A DNA stretch of 58,441 bases, the filler included, from Sphacelaria rigidula (taxonomy: Eukaryota): NCBI GenBank assembly GCA_964200075.2. It is 8 parts of 8 records of this genome, joined end to end, with 100 filler letters (N's around TTAATTAATTAA, not from the genome) between each part and the next. Parts side by side here need not be neighbours in the genome. Positions count along the whole stretch, not along the records: positions 29,273 to 36,490 come from CAXNAA020015915.1; positions 36,591 to 43,807 come from CAXNAA020015916.1; positions 43,908 to 51,124 come from CAXNAA020015917.1; 5 more parts are not named here. One strand, written 5' to 3'. The notes under the pieces are model-generated. The model did not search any database and had not been told where the DNA came from. It was given only the letters and a program-made list of their open reading frames with translations. Shown one piece after another: positions 36,411-47,700 of this stretch; the stretch's first letter is position 1, and each line of letters starts with the position of its first letter. The translations under genes were made by a program, and so were the position numbers.

Positions 36411-37380
36411 CCTCCCCCCCCCCCTGGCTCCGTCTCGAAAGGGATGCGTGGTCAATGGTCAAATGACTAAGGCAAGCAACAAATGAGTACNNNNNNNNNN
36501 NNNNNNNNNNNNNNNNNNNNNNNNNNNNNNNNNNTTAATTAATTAANNNNNNNNNNNNNNNNNNNNNNNNNNNNNNNNNNNNNNNNNNNNGTAGTACTGT
36601 ACTACTGTTGTCTGTAGTACAAGTGTGCATATGCCTATGTGTGTCCGTTTGCATACTTTGAGAAATTACAGTAGTTCTCGATAAAGATTCACCACACGCA
36701 GTAATCCTAGCTGCGTGAAGGCGAGAGGGGGAACAGAAAGACCCGTCGACCGGGCTAAAGATGACGTGGAAGGGCTGAAGTGGGCCACCCACAGCCTTTA
36801 CGGGGATCTCGACAAAATGGCCACCCAACGGTGGTGTAAGTGCGCGAGCTAACGCAAGCTTCACGTTGGGTTGCCATTTCGTCAAGTCCACATAGTAGCT
36901 GCTTGAGCGGCCGACTTCCGCCCTTTCGCATCAGCATAAGTCAGGTCGATTGGTGTCTCGGCTCCCGCGTTCGCTTCCAAGTGTTCCTCGTAGTTTTGGG
37001 TCACCCTTGTGAACGAGCTGCCATCATCAGTGCTGTCGCGGGCGTTCACGGCATCCGCCACTGCGTCACTTATGATATTTGTCCTACGGCTGTGTTCTGT
37101 AACCTTGGTCGTTATGGAGCAGGGTATCTAGTTCCGTTTCATAGCCCTGAGTTTGGCACCCTTTGGGGTGTCTAGCAACTCAGTTTTTTTTCTATTGAAA
37201 ACTTACCCTGGGTTGTTGCGCATGTCTCTTCTCACGGTTCAGTTTTCGGGGTTTACCTAGGGGAATTCGTCATATCCTAGCCTTGAATCCCAACTTTCTT
37301 AATAATCTCTGAGTTTTTCCTTATCCCTGAGTTCTGATTTGTGTTTCCGAAACTCTCTAATATCGAAATACTCATATATT

Positions 37381-37787
37381 TTACAAGAAGTTGCACAAGG
37401 ATGTACGTTATCACCCAGTTTGTTCAAGGTATTTATTAATGACTTGATAATAGCAATAGAAGCAGCAAAGCAAGAAGTCAAGGCAGATGGAGAAATGATA
37501 TAAGAATTGATATTCGCGAGTGATATTGTGGGGATTTCAGGAACAGCAGAAGGATTGCAGACACAGATAGACAAGGCATTAGAATACACTAGGGAATGGA
37601 GAGTGACGGCGAACGTTAACACATGCGCGGTACTCCTCTATAAAGAAGATAAGAAAAATCCGGTAGAGTTCACATGGAAGTGGGGAGAAGGGGAAGTGCC
37701 GATCGTAGACCAGTATACATACCTTGGTGTAGAAATCTCAAGACACTGTTCTTGGGATGCACACATTAATAGAGTAATAGAGAAAAA
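37381..37787 (+). mobile_element. Degenerate reverse-transcriptase core fragment of LINE family A
   Basis: Translates VAQGCTLSPSLFKVFINDL...*ELIFASDIV...EWRVTANVNTC...WKWGEGEVPIVDQYTYLGVEIS..CSWDAH. The end matches 47787-47866. Confidence 0.88.
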
Positions 37788-38049
37788 ATGTGTATTTTCG
37801 CGAGGTGGGTTCAGCCCCATTTGAGAATTCGACCCCATTTTGCAGGATCCTCTGTTGGAAGACAAGAGGATTAAAAGACCACAAAGCGAGGATAAAATCA
37901 ACAACCCCAGGAACCCCCATAGACAAATACCAGAGCTGTTCGGAAAACGGCAGATGCACTAGCGAGTGTACTACGCGACGGTCTTCTGGTTACGGTTCGG
38001 GGGTCCTCGATAGGCACTGAGGGGACTCTCGCGGTAACACAGCGAACAA

Positions 38050-40010
38050 ATTCTTAGCATAGCGTGCGTTGGTCCAGGCTATCATGTACATCTTAGCCCC
38101 TTCCTCTACGATTCGGTACCATTTGAAAACACCTTGGGTAACCTGCGTCCACGATGTCGTGTTTATTCTGAAGTTAGGGCAGGATTCCGTGACACAGTGT
38201 TGTCGGCGTCTTGCTGGTCGGCCTGTCTTCGTCTTCACTCCGACCATTACTCCACGCATGACGATGTTGGGAAGGCGCAATCATGCATGCGCACGACTCG
38301 GCCGGCGTGTAGGAGGATTAGCCCCATTATGGTAGCCTCGAAGCACTCGCGGCCAGTTCTTTCGAGGACCTCGTGGTATGACAGCATGTGGTGGTCGGGA
38401 GCGCTGCGGCTTGAGGTATGTTTGTTGAGGCACCTCCGTAGGAATCTCCGGTGGACCTCCCGTGAAACGACGAAACTGTCGTGCGATCGTCCAGGTCACG
38501 CAGTGGTATAACATCATTATCTCGACCACTTCAGCCTTCAGCAGACGATTGTTGGCAATGTGCGCGTTGTCGTATACCGCTCTGCTTTACTTATAGAAGC
38601 ACGTCCAGGCCTGGTCAATACGGCTACGGATCTCACGAGTGGCGTCGCTGATGCTGCTGACTTTGGCCGCCGAGGTAGACAAAAGAATCAACTTGCTCGT
38701 ACCTTTGGCCCGCCGACTTCACCTCAATCACACCCGCCTTCATGTTTGGGGAGCGCATATACACGGCGGTTGTCTTTTTTTCCGCCACGCGAGGCCGGAT
38801 GCCGGACAGGCTTCGACGTCGGTCGTCATCATCATCTTTTCCAGGCTTTGATAAGATCGCGAGGTGAAGCCCGCGTCACTGGCGAATAGCATGGCCCAGA
38901 GCATTTTGCGAAGTTCGTCCATGGTCTTCCCGCCCCTTTCAGCGATGCGACTGAAGTCCTTCGACGCCGCGTTGTTGTTCGAGAAATGGTCGAACGTCGC
39001 CGTCAACACCCGCCATGAAGAAGATGCTGAACAAACCGGGGGAAAGCACACAGCGGAGGCTCTGGTTGACGTTTAACCACTCAAACGTCTCGCCGCCGTC
39101 AAGGCGTACGCATGACCGTGTGCCGTCGTGGAACTGGCGGATGATGGAAATCATCTTTGCGGGGATACCGTAATCGTGCTGGGACCTCCCAGAGAAGAGC
39201 GCGGTTCACCGAGTCGTGCGCATTTTGGAGGTCGATGAAGCATTCCCACAGTGGAATATTTTTCTTTCTGGCCAGTTCGTATAGTCTACGCACAACGAAC
39301 ATCGTGTCGACTGTCGAGCGGCCGGGTCGGAAGCCGTATCGAGCTTTTGGGGGGATCCCCTTCAACTCGCAGTAGGCGCTGAGGCGAGTCGCAACTATCT
39401 CGAAAACCACCTTGCCCGCGTGGGACCCTGGCGGAATATCACGGTAGTGGCCGCATTCGTGCGGGTCTTGATTCTTGAAAAGCACCTTGATGGTGGTGTC
39501 TTTCAACTCTTGTGGCACTACTTCGTGACGCCACACGGTGAGCAGTTGCAGGATAGCTTGCTTGTCCCGCAACAACTCGCCAGTCGCGCTCCTAACGTAG
39601 GTTGAGCCTCACGCCTTTTCCTCTTTCAGTTCCAAGAACTTGTTGTGTTGGTACAGCCCAGGTTGGTCCTTCTCGCGAGGAAACTCTGTTCTCTGGGCGG
39701 TCAGCTCGTGAATGAAGTTCTGCAAACCAGCGTCCTTCACCCGCTTGGACGCTTTGTCCATAACCTTCAGTGCCTTTTTCAGGTCAGGGCCCTCCGGATT
39801 GGCGCGTAGTCTCTCCTATACACGTTCCCTGATATTCCACGCCTTTTGGAGGCGATCCTGAGCCTGTGGCGACTCACTGAAACCTCTAGATGGGGGGTCC
39901 TTCAGGCAGCGAGGGAGGGTAGCCGCGGCTGTCGGTCGCAGGGCGTTGGGGAAAGTAGATATCATGTCGTTCACGTCCAGAAGTGCTGTAGAGTTGGTGG
40001 CATTCACGAG
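38050..40010 (-). mobile_element. Degenerate RTE-clade LINE (linker, RT and C-terminus) with frameshifts and an internal deletion
   Basis: VPQELKDTTIKVLFK..D..ECGHYRDI, YGFRPGRSTVDTMFVVRRLYELARKK.IPL..CFIDL..A.DSVNR, MISIIRQFHDG, CVLSPGLFSIFF, MLFASDAG and RLPNIVM are RTE/BovB-type RT motifs. Confidence 0.92.
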
Positions 40011-40326
40011 GGGAGTCGATGATGTTCTAGCAGATAGACTCTCATGATAGCCCGAAGGTCAGTATTATAAGTAGACAACCTCATCGACGCATGCGATATG
40101 CAATGCTGTGACATCGGCAGGCGAGGAAGATCAATGCTAACAACACTCGTACTGTCGGAAGGAAAAGGATACTCCCAAAAGGAGAAGAAGAGAGAAGACT
40201 AGATGATAAGATGTGTTCGATCGTGTCCAGATGCGAAGGCTGAAAAAAACGCCGAGGCCCCCCTCCTCCCCTGCCACTCCACTTTCGCGCACAAGCCCGA
40301 AGGGAAGGTTGCACAGTGGCGGGGGT

Positions 40327-40630
40327 GTACTCATGATCTTGCATGACGTAGCATAAGACCATTGCCCTCGCATCTCTTCAAGCCCAGGACGGAGCGGCTG
40401 GGTTTTCGCTGGACCAGACTCGCAATCAATCACCAGGCGCGAAGCGTCATGATATGTTCGGCGAGTCGCATGAAGGGTGAGCTGTGCCCTGCTAGGATTG
40501 TTGGGCCCGAAGCGTACTGATTATCTTGCATATGGATGACAGCCTCCAATGAGTTGCTTCACTTTCTGGTATCGCCACTTCCAGAGACAGCCACAGGTTA
40601 CAATACACTGCCTCGTGGGTGTCTCACCAT
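40327..40630 (-). mobile_element. Full-length SINE-like family B
   Basis: Same 5' end (ATGGTGAGACACCC) and 3' end (CATGAGTAC plus CCCCC) as 36109-36410. Confidence 0.85.
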
Positions 40631-42399
40631 ATGAACACTGCGTAGTAGCGTGACCCTCCCCTTTTCGCAGATTTGAGGTTCTCCATCCCGCAAAACATGA
40701 TCTAACTGGACTACCACCATCGTCACCGCGAGAAAAAGTCAAGCGAGAAAAACCCGGTAATCCGGTTGCCTAGCGTGCGCAGTGAGTGGCATGTTTTTAC
40801 AGCGTCGTTGCCAACCGACGCCAACCCTCAAAAAGGAAACGGGAAAAATGAGCTCGTTCGATCACCAGCGCTTGCGTTCACTCGCAACAACAGCACGCGG
40901 AAGACATATATTACGTGGTTCGGTGTGCAGGCCGGGAAGGCACCCTGAACAGGATGCTAGCCCCAGCGTGGGTGGCAGCAAGACAGAATAGGGTGTATTA
41001 GACAATCTGGGGTCGGGCGAGAGATGGAAGATGACAAGATGAGAAGGAGACACACGTTCTTCCGCAGGAGAACGGAGAGAACGCCGCCGTATCCGTATGG
41101 ACGGACAAGTAGAGGAATGGAACGAAAAGTCGAAGCACCTGGAGTAACAAAAGGATGTATGCGTCAACTGTATGGAGAGAAAGGCGAGCCAGCATGCCTG
41201 GCACTCGGGTAGGAAAGGAGGACCCATAGAGCCAGCAGCGACAAAGGGAAACCTCCTCCCAGCCCCGGCGAGCCGCGGACTGAAGTCCCAGGCATCAATG
41301 ATGCACTTTACAATAGGAGACAAAGGGACAAATTTGGTGCCCCAACCAAGCACCAGCCCGACAGCAGAGAAGTTCAAGCACAGGTTCTCAGCCCCTATTT
41401 CGGTCACACTAGCAAGAGCTTTGTCACCCGCACGAGGTATCTTTTTTCACTCCGCATACCAAGAAGGTCTACACGAGTGTTTGATCTCTCATACATGCAT
41501 CCCCTCCTCTGGGATGTGGCAGAATGTTGTCCTTGTTTTGCAGACGTCGGGTGAAATCAAGGACGTCAATAGCACCCCCCAGCTTCCGATTATTAGATCG
41601 TGCCGCAAGGGCGCAGCCGTTCTTGCTCGCATGTGTGTGTGAGAGAAAAATAGCGGTGACGGGAACACCAACCTGATTTTCGACGACGAGTTTTACTGCG
41701 CACAGGGGCATTTCCTGTCCAAGCAGAGAGAAGAGGAATCGATATTTGCATTGGTCAATGTCACAGGCAGGAGACGACAACCGGGGCATCCCGAGATCTT
41801 GTTTCCGTGGCTGTGCTACATTTACCCGCCTGCCCACACATGGCAACCTGGGTATGTGCTGGTATGATAACATGATGCCAACCTCTGCAGCGATTGGGAA
41901 TTACCGGACGAGGGTATGCAAAGGACACCGGCGAGGAGCTTCCTCTCCGCCGTTGCTCCTCTCTATGGTGATCTCGTCATCGACACGCGTATGCACGGCA
42001 TTCATTTGGTGCATCTAACCACACCGGTCCGATGTGACTGCGACAGAAACTCTGCTTACGAGAAGAATGCTTTCCTATGGTGATACTGTTTGGCGCAAAT
42101 TCTCGATTTTTCGAACTCGTGTTGAACCCCATTTTAGTGCCCAACCCCAAATTTATAATCAGCAGTTCTCCGCTGTTCAAATCCCATATGCCAGTATATG
42201 GGATTTGTACAGCAGAGGTTGCGAGAACTAGTTGAAGTCGACTAGGAACAAAATTCGGTGGACCCATCGGATCTAAATTTTGTGTTCCACCAGGGTCGGT
42301 TTACCAGACTTTTTCGATCGATGAAAAATGTGCGAAGATATGTCCTGAAGCAAAGCGAAAAAAAACAAAAGGATAGAGAAATGAAGCTCTCAAAAGAGT

Positions 42400-42630
42400 A
42401 GGTATCTCAATCTCGGCTCCCGGTATCCTGGTTTATTCCTTGGCTTTGAGCTGTGTACTATTTTTTCAAGTGAAATTGATCGCGATTCACAGGAGAACCT
42501 GACCTGGCGGTCAAAGGGTCTCATCATCTGATGAATCTCCATCACGTTCACTTACTTGAAAAAATAAAAATCAACATGAAATTATTGAACAAAACAAACC
42601 AGGTTACCGGGAGCCGAGTTTGAGATACCT
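42400..42630. mobile_element. ~230-bp MITE with ~38-bp TIRs
   Basis: AGGTATCTCAATCTCGGCTCCCGGTATCCTGGTTT at the left end and AAACCAGGTTACCGGGAGCCGAGTTTGAGATACCT at the right end. No clean TSD. Confidence 0.75.
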
Positions 42631-43055
42631 CTAATAAGCCATAGCTACCAAACAAACAAAACCCATGCCGAAGAAATGCACATGAGCGAAGTCCAAAACG
42701 AAGAGGAACATGAACCAACCATCTGCCGTTCTACCCTGGTTCCACTCGCCTCTCCCGAGTAACAGCAGGGTGGTAGGCGGGCGAAATGATTTGAAACAAG
42801 TTCGAGAACCGCCGCACTCTCTATTGGCTGTCCTGCACACGCGAGCTCTCGTTTTTGCCATACTCAGCAGTGACGAGTGTGAAGTGATTAAGGCTTGGAA
42901 ACTGAATACGACTGAGAGAGGTGCGGCTATGTTTTTTTGTTCTCTCAATATGACCCCTACCAGCCTGCTGTGTCTTCATCCGCTATCCCAGAATATTGCT
43001 CCTAAAATGCGTCATTCGCCGACACGAACCTCAGATTTCTTCGATATGGAAAATT

Positions 43056-43143
43056 CTAACCCTAACCCTAGCCCTAACCCTAACCATAGGGATGTTCACA
43101 TTCCGATGCGGTTCTCTAAGCACGCAATCCTCTCACGCATACA
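43056..43143 (+). mobile_element. Right half of the telomere-repeat MITE (second copy)
   Basis: CTAACCCTAACCCTAGCCCTAACCCTAACC followed by ATTCCGATGCGGTTCTCTAAGCACGCAATCCTCTCACGCAT, matching 4350-4431. Confidence 0.75.
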
Positions 43144-43732
43144 CGGGTACAAGAATACGGCGGTTCTAGGAGTGGCCGTCGTCCAATACCTCTGTACTGC
43201 TGCAGACAACACCAACAAGGCAACGCAACGCCGACACACCGAGCCTCGAAAAATTCACGCACGCCCCCCACCCACGCGCATTAGCTCTAGTGCTAGCTCT
43301 CAATCATCTACACACGGTAGTCTTTGCGTGACAGAAATCCGTCTGGTACTCGTATTGAAAAAGAGGCGGCCGCCTGCATGTGAAATAGTTATTGTTTTGA
43401 ATAAGAGGGGGCCGTATGAAATTTTCACCGAAACGTGCTGTTGTTGCTGCTGACTGTTTATTGTGTCGTCTGCTGTGCTTGCGTCTCACCCAAATAATCT
43501 TTTCTCACTGAATTCTGGAACGATTTGAGCAAGGTCAAGCACAACATGCTCAGCTGATGAGTAACTATAAATCGAGCTGTGTATTTTTGTTTTGCAAGGG
43601 CAGTGCGATCCTCAGGTTCACGTTTGATTGTGTTGAGTTGTTCATCATGCTTTGGTTTTGCCCCTGTCAACGAGACATTGTATTATGTTCCCGAGTGAGG
43701 TGTCACAAAATCAATCTGCACAAGCGGCAAAA

Positions 43733-43807
43733 TTCGACTTAACGGTCGACGAGGGAAAGGGACTGCTGAACCCCTCTCGCGATAAAAAATAAAGGCAAGA
43801 ACCGCAG
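43733..43807 (+). mobile_element. Fragment of SINE family C (cut by contig end)
   Basis: TTCGACTTAACGGTCGACGAGGGAAAGGGACTGCTGAACCCCTCTCGCGATAAAAAAT matches the other family C copies. Confidence 0.75.
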
Positions 43808-44712
43808 NNNNNNNNNNNNNNNNNNNNNNNNNNNNNNNNNNNNNNNNNNNNTTAATTAATTAANNNNNNNNNNNNNNNNNNNNNNNNNNNNNNNNNNNNN
43901 NNNNNNNCACGAATCAACTTATTATACTAAAACCAAGTAATTTCCTGACGAATCATTATTTGTTTTAACCGTGAAACAATCACACTGGCATCGGTTTCAT
44001 GTCTCACATGTGGTGACACAGTGGCACTGCTTTCGCTTTTTCTTTATCCTTTTTTCTATCCCCCCCCGCGCGCGCCCACGGTTTTTCTTTGCCGCATCAA
44101 AGCATGGACAACATCTTATCCCTTTTTTTTCGGTTCCCATTAAACAAACTATTGCGTTGTCGTCGTTGTTGCTGCTGCTGCTTCTCACCAAACCCCACCC
44201 TTTCCGTATTCCGTTATAAAGGATAGAGATCATATTGTAAGGGATACGCACAAGAGCATCTTTCTCCCCCGGTACACGCCTCCTTACATTTTCGTCTCTC
44301 GCGGATTGGATCATGACCAACACTCCGGCACCGCGTTTACTCTCGTCGAGCACAACTTCCTCGCTGCTGACGTCCTCTCAGCAGAAGAAATGTATCTATA
44401 TATATCTAGATATAGATATTTCGGATTCCGTACCCGCGTTTTCCCGCCCCAACCGGTTTCAGTTGTACCCTTTTGATCTAGACCCCTGGGGCGCGGTTTA
44501 GGTGGGGAAAGAAAAAAGAAGAGCTGGATCATGATCCAAGTCAACGTCTCTTTCATAGAGGAGGGTGTTGAGGAAGTCCTGGCATGGTTTTGGGAGATTG
44601 TGAAGAAGTCTTACATTTGTTTTGTGTATTCCCTTCCCTTTCCCCTTCCCCTTTCATGTTCTTGTATTTTCTTCGCGGCGGATGGTTAAATGCAAAACAA
44701 AACAAAATGAAG

Positions 44713-47700
44713 AACGGGAGCGCGGATCCGCCTGGGTCTCAGTCGAACGGTTCCTCTGTAAGGGCGTCGGGAGCCGGCTCTTCGTCTCAGGACCCGTCCA
44801 CGATGCACTTCAGTCAGACGCAGAACCAGACAGTGCAGGAGGATATGGCTGAGGCACTCAAGGTGCACTGCGCGTTTGCTGCTGTTGCTGTTGTTGTTGT
44901 GTGATTTGATCTGTGTTGTTGCTCTCTCGTGAGAGGCGCCACGATGCGTACGATAGATATAATAGTGCGTTTGTGAAAACGAATCAAGCTGTTTTTGATA
45001 TATGGATATTTATATATAGACAGAGAGAGATGCATGTGGCTTGCCGTGTTCTTCATTCCACCTATATATTTTGCCATTTAAAGATGTTTTGGACTTTCCT
45101 TAGCGTGTATAGGATTATGTAAGAGCACAGCAGTAAGGGGAAAACCTGTTATTCCTTATATACATATATATTCCTAGCTCTTGGTTGTTCCTTTCCTTTC
45201 CTTTTTCTGCTTAGTTTTTTATTTCTCAGTTTGTTCCGTTTGCTCTTTCTATCTTGTTTTCCCCCACTTTAGTTCTTGTCTGGCGAGCGTTTCGTCTATA
45301 TTGTGGATGATGGCGGATCAGCTCATGTGCGACCATCAATCAATCAATCAATTGTTGTACAAAGGAGGCGAATGAAGAACCCCGACTAGCTCACCTGCCC
45401 ATCACTGTGTGTGTGTGTGTATTGTTTACCCCACGTCTATCGGGATAAACCTTGAACCTGCGTTGTGGACGAAGTCGTGCAGCTGCTGCTGACATTTTGC
45501 TCTCCCTCTGTCGAGAAGGGGGGGGGGGGGCTTTCATCAGAACACGAGCAACAAAAAGACATGACTAGAATAATCTCGCTCGCCGTTGACGGTTTCTGTG
45601 TGACCGTCGACGTGCACCTTTTTTTTTTCCCCTCGACGCTGTTGTGTTGTTACTTTTGTAGGTGGATCTGTCCAAACTAAAGAAACACAGGGGAGCTAAA
45701 GATCCTCAAGAATTGGAGGAGATACGCGCTGGATACACCACGCGCATTCAAAACCTTCAAAAGGAAATCGACCTCATGCAGCCCAACATGAAGGTACGGT
45801 AACGGTACGGTAACGGCAGTATCATCACGCATGAATGTTTTGGGCAATCGATTAGCTTTTTCGTCCTCACGTGCTTGTCTTTTTTTCCCACACAAAGCTC
45901 ACTTTGCTGCACACAACTCAGCCGACACAGCATGATACGGCACAAAAATAATGCACCCGAGAAGTTATATCACTTCAACCCCTTCCCCCCCCCTGCTAGA
46001 GGGGGAAATGCGGGACATGAACGAAGGTGGCATGGATTCGTTTGACGCATTAGACAGTAGGGAGAAAACGACGGTTATACTAGGAGATGGATGGTGGCCG
46101 CAGACGGCGAAACAGGACGGGCTAAAGATATTTCGACGATTTTTGTGTAATACATGAAAGAAACGTAATGAGCGCCGGGATGTTGGAGTTGTCTCTATTA
46201 GGAGTAGGAACGGTGCTCCGTCTCGAAGGGGATGCGTGGTCAATGGTCAAACGACTAAAGCAAGCAACGAATGAGTACCCTCCCCCCCCCCTCTCCATAA
46301 ACGGGAAGAATAGAGCTAGTCGAACAAGTAGGTAAACGCGACCTAGATATAGCAGGAATCCACGAGTCACGGGGGAAAGAGGGGGCGGAAGTAGGATGCA
46401 AAGTCGGAGAGTACATATGGATGAAGAAAAAGCGGAAGGAAAAAAACCCCAAGAGCGGGGGAGCGGGGGGAGTAGGATTCTTAATCAAGTAATACCTGTG
46501 TGACAGTGTAGAAGTGATCGACGTCACGAAAGTCGAGGAGAGCATATGGATAAGGGTACAAGGGGAGCGGGGAACGACGGACTTCTTCGTAGGAAACATC
46601 TACATGCCCCCAGAATCGAAGAGTAGGGTGAACGATATCCACCGTAGGTTTGGAGAGATAGCAGAAGATGTCCGCATGTATAAAAGGCAAGAAGAAGTAA
46701 TGTCAGTGGGAGATTTTAACGCAAGGGTAGGTAGGAAGAGCAGGTCAACCGGATGATATCATTGGGCAATACGGGGAAGATAAGAAGAACACGAACAGGG
46801 TGAAAATGCTGGAGTTCCTTGAGCACAACGAGATGAAGACGCTGAACGATAGAGTGCAAAATCGAGATAGAACGTGCCGTTCTTGACTGTATAGTGGTGA
46901 AGCATGGAATTAGTAAAGAAATGGAAGTACATGTATGCGCGGAGGATGTGGGAACTACAGATCATCGCCTCGTATGGACAGAACGCCAACATACGAGAGC
47001 TACGAGCAAAAGAAATAGGCGGGGTAGAAAGTTGTAGAAATGGAGAATCGATGAACTAGACGTGGAAAAAAACGGTAAGAGTTCCAAGAAGAGATGGCCA
47101 AGAATGCAGTGAAATTTTCCGAGCTGTTGGAACGCACAGGAACAGTTGATACCAAAATGGAAAGAAATCGGGCAGGAGCGAAGATCATAGAGGGATGGGA
47201 GCAGTTAGTCAAGAACACAGCGAGTAAAGTCATGAGGAAGAAGCTGATCGTATGCAACGGAGCAGAAAAATGGCGGGATAAGGAAGTAAAAGAGGCTGTG
47301 AGAGAAAGGAGAGAGGCCCACGCAAGATGCATATCGAGTAAGACTACGGCAGGATGTGAGGAGTATACTGGAGCTCGCGAGGAGGTAAAAAAGATGGTAC
47401 AGAAGAAAAAGAAGGGAGTGTGAGAAGATGTAGTGAATGAAACAAATGTGGGTAGGAATCAAAGGGATAACGGGAAACCAGGCAAGAAAGATGGACAAGG
47501 GCATAGCTGCACTCCGGGCGTAGCACGGTAAAATGGACAGTAGTTCGAAGGGGAAGATAAAAGTGCTAGTCGAGCACTACCGTAAACTAGGAACACCAAA
47601 AACAACCACGGAGTTCGACATGGAATTCGAAAATTGAATCAACGCGTGGGCAGCGGCAAATAGAGACGTCAAAACGGGAGGATGGTGGCTCGAAAGAATT

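Noticed and set aside
41469-41960. Metallo-beta-lactamase-like AIFLSHTH (-) or APE-like IYPP...HDANL (+) motifs
   Set aside because: HxHxDH is incomplete, APE motif spacing is wrong and stops interrupt the frames. Not supportable.
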